From the NCBI RefSeq assembly GCF_009914755.1, contig NC_060925.1: a DNA stretch of 64,000 bases; one strand, 5' to 3'. The notes beneath the pieces were generated by a model. It saw only the letters and a program-made list of their open reading frames with translations. It searched no databases and had not been told where the DNA came from. The stretch's first letter is position 1; each line of letters opens with the position of its first letter. Source of the stretch: the human T2T-CHM13v2.0 reference genome, Homo sapiens. This document shows positions 1 through 16,916 of this stretch, in pieces. Both the position numbers and the translations under genes were made by a program.

Positions 1-1161
1 GGGCCCATTCCACAGTGAAAGGCTGTTAGTTGGAAAGTTCTTTTTACCTTGCAGGGCAATACAGTGGGAAGGGACTATCCAGTAAAACTCCTCCAAAACA
101 GTAGTAACCACTCAATTCATGAAGTTCTCTTTCTATACTGCAGTTTTCTAAAGTAACATAAAAATATCCACGGATTTTTCACTTTCCTTTGAATGCGGTG
201 ACCATTCCTTACCTTTACCAAAGAAATTGCAAGAAAAAAAATAGAAAAAAAAGAGCATCTCTTGGCAAAAGGTCCCATCAGTAATTCTAGTTATAGAATC
301 CCTTCAAGAATCATTAATTGTGTTACACTACAGAATAAACCAAATATTTATTTCTGCAAGCATCATTAAATTATGACATATTAGAAGTCATTAACAATCA
401 GCAGGCAAGGGCACTGGGTTCTGCCAGTTTAATGTTCTGAACAATCAAAAATAATATCCATGGGGCAATTAATTTCCTGCACATTGATTATTCCAATCTC
501 CACACTAATAAGTGGGGCTAAACCAAGTAAAATCAAAACAGCACAGCAAAAAACTGCAGACTGATCCCACTTGTAAAGGGGAGTCTGTAACCTTGACAGA
601 TGAATTGTATTTCCTAAGTTACAGGGGGAGAGGAGGAAGTTATTCCAGCACCCTAAATGGTATCTTGAGGAGCTAGCATGATCCTTACATCCACTATACC
701 CCTTTCACACACAGAGATACATGCACATTTCACAAATGTAAGAATTAAGATTCAACAGATTGTCCAAATCAAGCCCCTAGTAATAATGTCGGGACCAGGA
801 TCTTTGGATTAGTTCTATGTACTTTCCACTCTGTGGGCAATTCAATGGATGTTTAATGATTCTGGAATTGGAGAAAAAACAATTTCTATTAATTCAACAA
901 GTTCCACAGCAAACTGCAAAACTGCCACTTTTCTCTGGGTTTGAGGAACTACTTATTCATAAAATATTAGTCAACCAATGTATCAAATCTGTTGTTAAAA
1001 TGTTATCCAGAATTCTAACCCTTTCTTCCTTCATACATTCTTTAATCTGTCAGGCATTTAATAAATATCCACTAAATTTATCAAGTGATGTGTTAGGTCC
1101 TATTGGAACACACAAAAATCACAAAAAGATCCTGTTCTTAAAGAGCTCAAAAGATTTTAAA

Positions 1162-1181
1162 ACACACACACACACACACAC
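1162..1181 (+). repeat. (AC)10 microsatellite
   Basis: Seen directly. Confidence 0.95.
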
Positions 1182-1184
1182 GCA

Positions 1185-1380
1185 GAGTGATGTGCTGGTA
1201 GATGCTCTTCATCAACCAGTTTTCCAGGGGCTGCAGGAGAAGCCTTGATTTACAGCATTTGCCACTTCCCATGATACAAATACTCCAACCATGGCTAATT
1301 TCAATTTTTCAACATCAATATGGGGTTGTGGATTCAGGGAGATATTAAAAACTGTCTAAACTGGCTCTAGTGCACCACTA
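1185..1380 (-). mobile_element. MER63-like hAT DNA transposon relic
   Basis: GTGATGTGCTGGTA...GCCTTGATTTACAGCATTTGCC...AAATACTCC..CCATGGC...GCACCACT resembles the recalled MER63A consensus with terminal inverted repeats. Confidence 0.6.
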
Positions 1381-4368
1381 CTGATACACTGCTGATATGA
1401 GTGTGTGTTTCACTATATAAAAGAACTAATCAAATATTTTAGAGTTGTTATGTTAGAGTAGTGTGATTATGATTGCTTCTTCTTCTTCTTTTTCCTTTTT
1501 TTTATAGCATCCAACATTTTTTATGAAGAAGACTTTTTTTAAAGATAAGTACTAGTAGCAAGATTCTTATCCCAGACCACTTTTTCTACATAGCCTTGGT
1601 ATAACCAAAATTATCTGAGGAGTAGAGAGGCTAAAATATTTTGATGGCACATCAGATTCGCTTTAGAGCCACATGTCCCAGTAGAACTAAGAAAGGAAAT
1701 GCTGCAGAGAGTGTCCAACTTCTAAGAGGCATCATCAGACTTCATTTAGCACTAAGTCTTCCTGAGCCCCACCTATGTGACCATATGACCACCTAGATCT
1801 TACAAAATATATTTGCAGAGCATGCCACCTCCACACATTCTTAAGATTTTGAAATATTCAATCATAGGATGTATGTGAAAGAAGGGGAGGAAGTAGAAAC
1901 TAAGAGAAGGATAATCCCTAAAACATAGGAATCCAGACAGAAATATTATTGCTTCTGCAGAAACCCTAGGACAGGATTGAATGACTCACCACCTGTTTGG
2001 TTTTATGGTTACATTTCAACAGTGTCTGCAGCTGTAACTCATGCTTCCTCCTTCGGCTTTCTTAACACACAGATGCACTCTGTTTTGGAACCAAACATCT
2101 TTGTCCCATTCCAGAAACTCTTTTCTTTCTTAGGACTATATGAATGATTAACCCTGTAATCTTCAAGGTTATTTATTATCATTTTTAATGTGAAGAAGTG
2201 GAAGTTTTGTGGAGGGAAAATAAAACGCCTTATTGCTTGCATAACATTTTAACATTTATGAAACAATTGCATGTAACTTATCACAGTTATCACAATAATC
2301 CTCTGGAATAGGATATTCCTGGCACCTTCATATGTGAAGATAAAGAGGCTCAGAGAGTTTAAAAGACTCACTCAAGTTCACAAAGCCACAGAGTGGTCTC
2401 TCACTGCCTTAAACACATGGGCTTCAGAATCCATATTCCAACCCAGTAGGGAAGTAGCTTGGTATAGTTTAGAGAAAAACAAGATGTGGAGTTAGGCAGG
2501 CTAGATTTCAAATCTTGACACCACCATTTTCCATCTGTGTGATCTTGGGTAAAATCCTTACACTTTCTAGGCCTCATTTTCCTCATTTGTAGCATGGAGA
2601 GATGACACTCACCTTACTGGACTGTTAGGAAAATCAAACAAAATAAAATTTGGCATAAGATGGGTTCTCAAAACATTTCTTTTCTCTTTTCCACCATTCT
2701 GTACTCCATTGTTCATGCCTCTTGTCCTTGTATCATCCTTAGTTCAAACATACTCATTTTGTTTCTTGCCCTGACTCAAACGGCCTCTCCAGTTGAACAA
2801 CCAGAAGTTGAACAATCATTTAATGGACAGTGTGTTCTACCAGAGTATATTGCTGTAGCAAGAATTAGACCCCACACAATTGGGAAATCAGGGAATCACT
2901 GCAGTCTAACATGGAAGCCCCACTGGTTCCTGCACAATTTTTCTTAGCATACTGTATGTTGTGCCACCAAGACACAGCAGCTCAACACAAAGTACACACA
3001 GCTAGGAGGATGGACAAGTCATGCAGAGATACAGTACTGAATGTGCGGCCCATTATACCACGCTCTTCCTCTTGGCTCCATCTCACTAAATGCACGGTTT
3101 CCAAAGTATTTATTGCACACTTCAATGCACAAAACACACAAGCAAACACTCAAGAAGGAGCCAGAACCGTTTTATACTAAGCCTGTCACTGCTCCTCCAC
3201 CTGCAAATTCTGGTGCCAATGCTCCTCTGACTTCATTTTCATAACTCAGGCAACTCAGTACTTCCGTACATACTCTTCCACCAACCTACCTTCCCCTTCA
3301 ATTTGAAAGGTAAACTCTTTTATTTACTGGATTATTTATTTGCAGGGACATTAACATGTTCTTATAATTGTGCTAGTATTTTTCATAAGCTCACTATTGT
3401 TTTGGTTAGTGTTTAATTATAACATTAAATGTTTTGAGTGTTTAAAATGTTTTGAGTAATCTGTTCCAATTCTATTTTCCTCAAAACGTCAGTTATTTTT
3501 AGTGAGTGATTTTTCAGAATGTGAGATTTTTAAAAGGAATACATGCATTATGTGATGGCAAGAATGCTCATATTTTGCTTTGTTGTGTAGCTATTTTTTA
3601 TATATTGAGGTGCCACAAATTGATGTGCTTATTTGACTCTGTTAAAATCCAACTCAGGAGGAACTCATCTCCATGGTTAAGAATGTACAATTTCCACCAA
3701 AGATAGTACCGAGGGGGGAAATTCATACTACTTTTCATAAATATGCTAAACCAAATGATTCTAAACATAAAATAGTGTATCCAATATAGCATTGAAATAA
3801 ATCTATCCAGTACTGGCCTATCTCTACAACTTTAAGCAGCTTTTGCTTTATTATGTAAAAGCATTCCATTTTTAAATCAGCTAAACTTCCAAGCAAGCAA
3901 AGACATTACAAGAAAAGATTCTTCAGCTACAGAACCTGTCACATGAGGAACCAATTTCCAGGGTAAGAAAATAAGCTCAAATATTTTAAAAAAATGTTTC
4001 TTCTTACCCCTAGCATACTGAGCTGGCAGTATAATGAATCAGAACATTTTCATTTGCATTTATTCTTTGACATGGGCAAATGACAACCTTTCCAGGCTTT
4101 CACTGTAGGAAAATGGCAATTTTAAAAACTTGAATAACTATCCTATTAATTTTATGAAGTTGTTATAAGAGATAATATATAGTATATTATATACAAATAT
4201 ATGTTTATATCTTATATATTAAATATATATATGTATACTGGAAATTACTTGTAAATCTGTTTACCCTTCAATCTTGAGACTGTACAGTACTCTGATAAAG
4301 AACATATTATCATCATCACTGATTCCTTATCCCCAGCCACTTTTAGCAAATTGCCTTGCACATATTAA

Positions 4369-4806
4369 TTTTTTTTAAGTTCTGTGATACACATGCAGGA
4401 TGTGCAGATTTGTTACATAGGTGAACGTGTGTCATGGTGGTTTGCCGCACCTATCAACTCATCACCTAGGTATTAAGCCCAACATGCATTAGCTATTTAT
4501 CCTGATGCTCTCTGCCCCCCAACCCCAACAGGCCCCAGTGCGTGTCGTTCCCCTCCCTGTGTCCATCTGTTCTCATTGTTCAGTCCCACTTATAAGTGAG
4601 AACATGCAGTGTTTAGTTTTCTGTTCCTATGTTAGTCTGCTGAGATTGATGGCTTCCAGCTCTATCCATGCCCCTGCAAACGACATGATCTCTTTCCTTT
4701 TTAAGGCTGCGTAGTATTCCATGGTGTAAACACACCACACTTTCTTTATCCAGTCTATCACTGATGGGCATTTGGGTTGATTCCATGTCTTTGCTACTGT
4801 GAATAG
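4369..4806 (-). mobile_element. L1PA 3' fragment, 5'-truncated
   Basis: L1 3'UTR/ORF2 end in reverse; degenerate TSD GCCTTGCA(C/T)ATA(T/A)TAA at 4353 and 4807. Confidence 0.9.
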
Positions 4807-7343
4807 GCCTTGCATATAATAATTATTCAATAAATGTTTGCTACATTAAATTGAACCATATGCATAATCAAAGTCAGAGTCTCGCTGTTAAGTTGTTTAA
4901 AGGACTAGATTTATTCCTAGAGAGCAAATAGATTGTTCTTAAAAGGCACTGGCTATGGCTGTTGAATTGGTTAAAATTCAGTTTGGATGCAAGTGACAGA
5001 AAACACAGATTGTAATATCTTAAAGAAAGTATAAGCTAATTTTTCTGTAGCAAAGAAGTTTATGTAGGCAGGTCAGGTATGGTGACCCTGTAATCATCAG
5101 GGACCATTGTTGTTCTACCGTCATAAACTCTCAGCTTGTATCTCCTGGCCAAGATGATTGCATTCTGGCCTGCAAGAAAAACAAAAGAAAAACAAGAAAG
5201 GTGCATGCCCTTTTTTTAAGAGCGCTTTCTGAATATTACATCCCAGCTGTTTGCATCCCATTGGCTGGAATATATTATCTTGCCATGCCTAGCAGTGTAG
5301 GAGCCTGGGAGCTATAATCTTTATTCTGATGGCCATGTTCCTAGATAAATGGTTAGTGCCATTACTACAGAAAAAGAGGGAAAAAATACCAAGGACAGAA
5401 AGGTTTATCACAGTTTCATAAATTGACAGTGAGCTTTGAGTCAAATCAATACAGAGCAAGTAAATTAATTTGTTTCTGATAAACTTTCAGGGCAAGACCA
5501 TCACATGTGTTTTAAGGATGTAGATAATTCTAGTTAATGAGGAGAGTTAGAACCTATTTCCAACAGATAAACTTCTTTTGTTGGAATCCATTCAAATTCC
5601 CATCCCTAATGATCTATACTAAAACTTAATACTAAGCCACACCACATCGATTAAAAGAAATATTATGAAAAGAATGCATAATTGCCTGAGACTAAGATAT
5701 CAGGTGAAAGGAGAGAGCTGGTTGTAATAATCTTTTCACACAAAACCAAGTGAATGGTAACTTTTTTGGTTATAATCAAATACATCTCTCTTCTTACCCT
5801 CAGAATAGAGGGAATGCTGTATAGTCACTAATGCTGTCCAAACTTAAGTGCATTGGGAATAAAAGGATGGGGAGACTAAACAAAGCCAAAGAAATAAAAT
5901 AATAATAATAAAATAATTCTGAGAGCATCTGGGATATTCCTTAAAGAATTTATAAGATTCTTCAGGAGATATGGGTAGCTTGCCCCATCCGAAAACTCCA
6001 AAAACAGTTATTTCATAGGTCTAAAACAACTAAAACTGAATTTATTTTCACTGTACTATTATCTTAGTATTTTTCTTAATTACGCTTCATCACTATCATC
6101 ACCCAAAAGGGTCAATTATTGAGGTTTCATTCAAACTAAAACCCTGAAAACTAAGGATGGAAAGATAAGAATAAGCAAAAGATAAGAGAAACATTCAAAT
6201 GGAAAGAAGATAAAAGAAAAATAAATTAGAAGAAAAAGAAAATACTAGATAGTGACTCAGAGAAGTAGAGGCTGAATTTGGAGGAAAATAGGAGAAGTAA
6301 GAAAGTAAAGGAGAGAGAGATGAAGGCAAGAGCAAAAACACTAGTGACAGAAGGAGTTACACACAAAGAAAACAAAAGGCAAAGAGGATATTTTAGCAGG
6401 GAGATAGAAATCCTCTTACAGGATGGGACTGTCAGGGAAATCTCTGAAACGGGAGGCACCATCTAGGCAGCATTATTCAGTAGGAGAAACTGTTCAAATT
6501 TAACCATCGTTTGGAGGACATCAAGCCCTATTTTTGTGTGATCCTGATTTTCCACATTAAAACACAGAAGCTCATGGAGATATTCCACCCCATTTACACA
6601 ATCACGAAATCGTAGAAATGGTTTGGTTTCTTCTGTCATTGAATTTGATCCTTACAACACCATCGTGAAGCAGAAATTATTATCCCTACTTCCCATGGAG
6701 GCTCAGAGAGAGAAACTGTCTTGTCCAAGATTATCTTGAACAATGTGAGTCCCAGGTCTGCAACTTACTCGGTGTGTTGTGGAAAAGTCACTTAGCCTCC
6801 ATAAAAATCATCTGTAAAGTGAAAATAATTAATAACAAGTCCACAGGTTTTCACATATAAATGGGAATATATATACGTACATGTAAAAATACTTGGTAAA
6901 ATGAAAAACATAATTTGTCATATTTACTAAAACTAAAATGTTCAGTGTAAAAGGCTACATGGAGTTACATGCTGCTAGTCCTTTAAACTATTAGGATTGA
7001 AAATGATGGAAAAGGAGAAGGAGAAGAAGGAAAAGGAAGGAAGAAAGGAAGTAAAAAGGAAGGAAGGAGAGAGGGAAAGAGAGAAAGAGAGGAAGACAAG
7101 GAAACAGACCAACCCAGTAACAACGGCTAACACTGTGCATTATTGTGTGCCAGGCCCTGTACTAAGTCTTTGCTCATTTAATCACCATAGCAACTCTAAG
7201 ACGCAGGTACTATTATTACCCCAGTTTGCAGACAGGGAACGTGAGCCTTGAAGAGGTTTAGTAACTTGACCAATTTATACAGCTGGTTAGCGAGAGAGCC
7301 TGGATTCAAATCCACACAGGTACAAGTAGACACTCTTCAACTC

Positions 7344-7649
<306 letters not shown>

Positions 7650-8224
7650 TCTGGTACTCTTCAAGTCTTATACTGCCTGGATATTAGTCAGCTAGAAATA
7701 ACAGTCCTATGAGAAAGAGCGAATATCATAAAAATCTCACTATAAAGGCGGGAATAGGAAAATATTAGGCCCATCAGCACACCAGCAGCTAAAAATATTA
7801 CCCCCAGGCAGAGATTTAGCACGTGCTATTTTAACGTCCAGTGGAATGAAGGAGATCTCAGTAAATGAAAGTAACATCAGTCACTCTAATAAGGTCAAAT
7901 GGTGCTACAAGAAGAGAAAAAACCTCCATGAGATTATTTCAATTGCTAATGAAATTACAAATTAGCCTTTGGAGCTCAGTTCATCTTTCCTCAGCGGATA
8001 GTGAGCTAATAAGTAAATGTAAAAAGCAATTACAAAATTTACACAGACTTTAAAGACCTCCCCATGATCAAAAAGCTAGCTCAGAAGTTTCAACAAAAAC
8101 AACAGAGTTTTGGTTAGACAGAAATCTTAGTGGTTGTATAGTCCATAGGCCAAAGCCCTTCCTAAAGTGTGGACAATCCGACCTGCCTTTTAAAGCTGAT
8201 AGATTGTCCGAAGAATATATATAA

Positions 8225-9365
<1,141 letters not shown>

Positions 9366-10396
9366 AAGAAAAAGTAAAGAAGACTTCTTTGTGTAAATAT
9401 GAAAAGAAATTAAAGCACGTTGAGTAAGAGGTGTCCCTTACCTAAGGATCCAAGACAAATAACAGAGTAATTTTATTTACCTTTTTATATACCTTTATCT
9501 TCTTTAAAAGTGCCTTATGTACAAACTAAAAAAATTTATATCCTAAATGATATACGGGATTTGCTTCAAAATAATCAACTGGGGCATAGAGGAAGTGGGG
9601 AAGTAGAAATGAAACAAGATTTACCTGTGGTGAATCATTGTTGACACTATGTGATGTGTGCATGAAGGTTCTTTATATTATTTCCTCCACTCTTGTATTC
9701 GTTTGAACTATGCCACAATGAAAAATTGTAAATGCTGCTTTATATTTACCATATACAACAGTTTTAAACAAAATATCAAGCCACTGAAGAGCAGTGAATT
9801 CTAAAATAAGGTAAAGAAAATTTTTAAAAGAAAATATTCCTTAGATGTCATCACTTCCATTGGTAGGAAAATCCATGTCCCTTTTCTGGACAATTACAAT
9901 GAACAGTTCACATACACTGAAGAACTGTTATTTATACAAGCTTTACATGCACTGTTCACATAATACTAACAATATACCACTTTACAGATGTGGAAATTCA
10001 GACTCACAGAGGTAAAGTAACTGGATTCACGTTAAGTGCATTTTAACCCAGACAGTCTGGCTACAAGCCCTTCAGCTTAACAAGTACATTTCTTGAATTA
10101 CGAGGGTATTTTTTTCTTCTTTCCTGCTAGCCAATTTAGACAGCCTCAACAATCCTGAGTTGCCAGAATTAGAAAAGCCTGATTGAGAACCTATGAAAAG
10201 AGGTATTTTGTTTTTTAAGGGATATGATCAATACCTTTGCCTCATCTGTCACAGTAAATCCCTGAGGAGTTTCAACATTAGCTTAGGTCAATTTAGTTCA
10301 TTTACTGAGCACCTACTAAGTGTCAGAGGCTGTTAAACCTTGGGCACTGTGCTAGGCACTCAGATTCGCAGAGGAATATAAATTATTCGATTATGA

Positions 10397-10881
10397 AGAC
10401 AGATGCATGCGAATGCTCATTGCAGCACTGTTCACAATAACAAAGACATGGAATTAACATAAATGCCCATTAATAACAGACTGGATAAAGAAAAATGTGG
10501 TACATACACATCATGGAATGCTATGCAGCCACAACAAAGAACAAGATCATGTCTTTTGTGGGAACATGGAAGTAGCTGGAGGCCATGATCCTCAGCACAC
10601 TAATGCAGCAACAGAAAACCAAACACTGCATGTTCTTACTTATAAGTAGGAGCTAAATGATGAGAACACATGGACACATAGAAGGGAACAACACACATTG
10701 AGGCCTATCGGAGGGTGGAGGATGGGAGAGAGGAGAGGATCAGGAAAAATAACTATTGGGTTATAACTATGCTTAATACCCGAGTGAAGAAATAATCTGT
10801 ACAACAAACCCCCATGATATGGGTTTACCTATATATCAAACCTGCACATGTACCCCAGAACCTAAAATAAAAGTTTAAAAA
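10397..10881 (+). mobile_element. Old L1PA 3' fragment
   Basis: ATTGCAGCACTGTTCACAATA ... CCTGCACATGTACCCCAGAACCTAAAATAAAAG. Confidence 0.9.
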
Positions 10882-11222
10882 GGTAGTCAGTGAACTACGA
10901 CATGATACTGTATTGAAAACTAAAATGTAATCATGAAGGTGGAATACTAGAATTCCCTGAGAAGAGTTTTTATAAAGGTAAAAACCAACATATTAACATG
11001 ATTGTATATTTATCTGGAAATAACTACATTTCTGAACGCCTATTTTTCTATTATAAAAGTGAGTAAAATGAATATTGCTCCTACTTAAAAGATACATTGA
11101 ATTAGAGACTATTGCAATATAAACTGCAAGGCCTGGTATGGCATCTTGGAGAAGAAAAAATCACAAATTCCAATTTCCAAATCAAAGAAGCAACAAATCA
11201 CAATAAAAAATTTAATACTTAA

Positions 11223-11530
<308 letters not shown>

Positions 11531-13511
11531 TCAACTTGCAGAGTTTCAATACAAATGTAAAACATACTTAAAATAGGTGTTTCTATTACATTATTTGCTA
11601 TCAGAGAGCAATAAAAATAAAATTTGATAAAAAAAAAACTGTCAACAGAAAATAGAGGTTAACATAGTATTTATTTTAGAAACCAGAAAACCAAAAATAA
11701 ATAATTTATATCAGTCAGTTCTTCCTCTTTCATGGTATTAATCATCCTATGATGAGGTGCTTGGCATCTGTGTTTGCCATGGTAAAATAAGCTCCGCGAT
11801 GGTTCAGACCTATCTGCACTGTCCAAAACTCTATCTTCAGCACTTACCATACACATAGCTGCCCCATACACAGCCAAGGCCAAATGCATATGTAATGAAT
11901 GGACTTGAATTCGAATGTCCTGTCCATTCACTCATTTATCTAGAGAGCAACACAGTAAAGAGGCAAGAGTAGGGACGTTGGACCAGGCATTCATTCACTA
12001 TTTTATTCATTCATTCATGCATCTATGCAACCAATATTCGAGGACACCTATTTTGTGCCATTGTTCTAGGTCCTGAGACACTGCAGTGAAAAACAGGTGT
12101 TTCCAGCCTCACAGAGCTCGACAGTTCTGCCACTAGTCTTGGGAGGTCACTCAGTCTGCGTAAGTTGCCTTTCAGCTTTTTATTTTTAGAAAAATAGAAT
12201 ACTAATAACCAATATGGAAGATTATTTTAAAGAAAACAAGTCATATACATAATGGACCTGGCACACAGTAAGTAAACACTCAATAATTAACAATCAACCA
12301 AAAGCCTAAAAACAAAATACCAAATATAAAATTTAGAACCAGTGACAAATGACATTGATTTCCAGAGCGAATGCACCTAGAAAAGTTCAAAGAGAAAAAA
12401 CATTGTAATAATATTAATTATGTGTTAATAGCCATATTAGTATGAATCTATTCTCTCTACATGGTACCAAATTTTCTTCAAAATCCCTTGGCATACACCA
12501 TCTTAAGCATTAACAATGAAAAAATGTCCACAGATTTCTGTACTAGAGGAAAAAATTTCTATGAAACCAGTTTGGCTGACATGGAGAGCTTTGTGTGGAC
12601 AATGAAGGTCATGTAGATTTGTATTGTTCTTGACATCTTCTACCAATGAGTAAATGGAGGAAATCATGTCAACTGGGCTTCTAAATGATCTACAGCCTTG
12701 GGGACACACAGCAAGCAGAGGAAGACTTGGTCAGGAAGTGTTTTGCAAAGATGGCTTTTGCAAGGACACTAAGGGAAGTTGAGACACTTGCCCAAGCTTG
12801 CATAGCTACTCAGGGGTGGGGTGAGAATTCACATCCAGCTCTTCTGACTCGCGGTCCTTTGACCCTTCATGACTACTACTCTGCATGGGCTATCACCCTC
12901 CTTTAAAAGTTCAGAGACTTAGACAAGAGAAGAGAGATTATAAAAAATAGATTCCTTTTATACCTTTTATACCTCAATTTAAAATTCTCAGAAAGGGTTC
13001 TAAACACTTTAAATCCCTTTTACCCAGAAGCTTCTGGTTTTTGCTCAGTCTTGTTAGGAATTGGAGTGGCTGTGATACATCTCTGAGATGCTATGAAATA
13101 GAGATGAATTGAAATACTTTCAACATCAGCAAATCATCTGAGGCCCCATAAACACCCTGCACAGTACATTCATGGTACATGCAGGCCTTTGTCTTACTGA
13201 AAGACAACCTATGTCATCTGATGTTAGGAGAGTCACTCACTTCAGACCACTGAAAGTTTCAAAAAAAGAGAAAAAAAGTCATAAACCAAGTAAATAATCA
13301 GTGTCATTTACCATTATATCTACCATTCCCTTACGAGGCCATGGTCTATGGTCTTCCTTTAAAAGTTCTGTTGTATTCTCTTGAAAAAAAAATAATTTGT
13401 TGAACTCTACTTTGTTTTAAGCACTGTATGCAACTGTTTAAGTATAGCATATTGTTTTATCTCTTGTCTTGGACTTGATGCTATTTGTTCAAAGTCCTTT
13501 ACTTCCTGCCA

Positions 13512-13723
13512 CTGTGCTGTCCAATCCAATGGACACTAGCCACCAAGACCATTTAAAGTTAAATTTGAATTAATTAAAATTAATTACAATTTAAAATCCA
13601 GGTCCTCAATAACACTCACCACATTTCAGGTGTTCAGTTACCTCACGTGGCTAGTGGCTACTATATCAGGCAGTGAGCATATAGAACATTTCTGTCATGA
13701 TAGAAAGTTCTATTGGACAGCAT
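13512..13723 (-). mobile_element. MER3 (hAT-Charlie MITE)
   Basis: Inverted termini GCTGTCCAAT...ATTGGACAGC, internal GTGGCTAGTGGCTAC and an AT-rich core. Confidence 0.85.
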
Positions 13724-16111
13724 CGCCATAGGGCATCAAATCCAGGACTTCCAGCTAAGATCAGATATGAACAGAACGACCACCAGAATAGGTCAGACTA
13801 AGTTCCCAATCTTATCGTTCCTGGGGTTCCAAGAGCTAAACTACAGGTCAGAGAAAAAAAAGCATCTAATCTACTTAGAGGGGTTGACTAGATATCCTGG
13901 TATAATCCACGATGCCCATGAAGCAACCAGGATGCTGATTATTCACTGACACTAAATTACAAACACAAAGTCTTAGTGGATTTATTGACAGAGAAAGAAA
14001 GAGAGACCATAGAAAGACAAATAAATAAAGACCTGAATTCAAGCTGCGTGACTTCAGGCAAATTGTGCTACTTCTCTGATCCTAAATTTCATAATCTGCA
14101 AAATGAAAAAGTAGATTAACTCTGAGTTTCCTTTCACCTCTGAAATTCCTGGATTCTAAGGCTTTATATAGTTTGCATAATACCCAAGGAACTGTGCAGA
14201 CTGCCAAGATATATAAGACAAGATGCCAAAGACTTTCCCATTAATGAGTAGAGGAAGCTGTCTAGATAGGGCTAAACAATGTAAGACGGGACATTTTAAG
14301 TATCATAAAAATGGTATTACCAATGCATCCTACAGAAGCCTCCTCTTTATCTTACCAGAAAAATATGACTGGAGGTAGTGGAAACATTCACTTTTCTTTC
14401 ATTATCAAAAAATATGGTAACATAGGGTACCCCACCTGGCATATATCGGGTGTTTAATAATTTTTGTTGAAGAATAGTAATAAGATAAAATGATAATAAT
14501 AATATTAATTATACTAGCAGGCATGTATTGGAAACCTAATATATACTAGGTTCTATGCAAGACATTTTCCCCAGGCTATCCCATTCTAGCATCAAACAGC
14601 TCTATGAAGAAAACATTAAAACATTTTTTATTTTTTTATCACTTTATAGATTAAAAAACTGCAGTGAAAGAAGTTAGGTCACCAAACCACAGCCACACAA
14701 CTAAACAGTGGCAGAGCTGAGATTTAAAACCAAGACTTCCCAATTCTAGTGCACATGCTTCCTCCATTTCCACCCATTGTCTCCTTAAGAAAACTTTTAC
14801 TTGTCAATCACCAGAAAGGACCAAAGAAGACTCTCAAACTTTTTAGGAACCCAGCTAATTTCACAAAACTGCCATTTCCTATATATTTTTCCAGATGACA
14901 AAACAACAATGTATCTTTCCAGATAGGCCACTCAGCCAAAATATTTTCTAGTCTAGACCAAGTGGCAATTTCAGTGGAGCTAGAATTGAGTTCATGATTG
15001 CCTGTTAGTGTTCCAATGTCCTGAGACTTTTGTTAATTAGACACAAGACAAAGGGCATTAAAAAGAAGCCAAGTTAAATTTGCATGGCTGTGGGCAAATG
15101 GCAGAAAGAAGTGGGCCTTTGTTTCCTACGGAACTGGGCACCCACTCCATCATCTACAATTATTTTATAATTGGGTTGATATTTTGTAGGATAGAAGCCT
15201 GAGTAACCCTGACATCCATATGCCTCCTTATCACTGTCATGAAGTGGAAAGCAAGGGCCAATTATTTGTGTTGCTCGTTTTCCACAATCTTGTTTTCAAA
15301 GAGACTTAACATTAAAGTCACTAAACTGTCCAAATTCAAAGTATTTCCACATTCTCTGCAGTGATCACATTCTGTCACCCACACTTCCTAAAAATACCCT
15401 GCTTTCCATCACTCACTAGAACCACAGAGGCTATTAGAAGGTAATAAAATCCCTCGAGGGCTTCTCTTTTGCACATTTGCACTTTCCTCTGATCAATTAG
15501 ATTCAGGGAGATTGGAAGTGGGAAATAAAAGAAATAAAATTCAGGCCACAAATCCTTCTCATAATCCCACAAGTAGCACTGACAAACAACAACTGGCAAG
15601 GAAAGAGCTCAACCCTGGAAGACTCTCCTGCTCTAAACTCAATTATTATCCAAAATTCATCATTAAATGATTACTCATAAAATCCTTCTATCTACTTCTC
15701 ATCAAGAAATATCATCATGGAAATATCAATGATGGTCCTATCTTATCTCAGGGTACATGTCAGTATTAGTATCACTGAGATAAAAACAGGTCTGAATATG
15801 TTTAGGGTAGACAACATCCCTTGGTCCAGAAAGTTTCTTTCAAATAATCTGATTTACAAAAGACACTCCATTTAAAAATTTTTCAGAAATGGCAAGATCC
15901 TTCTCTCAGTGCCTGCCTCCCATCTGAGCCCTTAATTTAGAAATCTGAGGGCTTAAAAGGACCATGCCTTTCATAATGATCTTTTACAAACATTCCTTCC
16001 TTTTCTAGTGCGTCTTTGTCTTGTTGTCCCTTGTATATATTCCTCACTCTGCTAACATGTAGTAAACCCAGACGGATTAAGAAAACTAAGGTTCAAAAAT
16101 GTTAAAGATCA

Positions 16112-16245
16112 ACTGGGCACGGTGGTGCATACCTATACTCCCAGCTACTCAGAAGGCTAAAGCAGGAGGTTCACTTGAGCCCAAGAGTTCAAGACCAGTC
16201 TGGCCAATACAATGAGACCCCATCTCAAAAAAAAAAAAAAAAAAA
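16112..16245 (+). mobile_element. FLAM (Alu monomer)
   Basis: Single left-arm monomer with poly-A. Confidence 0.85.
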
Positions 16246-16613
16246 GCCAAAGATTATTTTTCACGACGGGGATTTCGGCGAGAAACATCGACACCCTCAG
16301 CGTTGACCAGATGGGCAGTCCTGCACTGACAAACCCACTGAGTTAATGTAGAATATGTCAGCTAGCTCAATGCTAAGAGACCAGTAATATCTGTGGCCCA
16401 GTCTCTTCCAGAGAAGAAATCAAGCCACTCCTCTCTCTGGCAAGTATGTCTCCTCTCATAAAACAGGCTGACTTCAGAAGTAGCTTTCAAAGACAATGCT
16501 TAGATCAAGCCAATCAGCGTAAGTACTCTTCCTGGTTGGGTGATAGCTCTCACTGTGACTTCATATAAGAAAAGCCAGTGGTCTTGTCTTGCTCTTCAAG
16601 AATGGAGCAGTCA

Positions 16614-16916
<303 letters not shown>

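Noticed and set aside
817-1248. 143-aa ORF
   Set aside because: Runs across repeat-like sequence, an (AC)n tract and a MER63 relic; no protein-like features.
6160-7105. Lys/Glu-rich ORFs
   Set aside because: Low-complexity GA-rich sequence.
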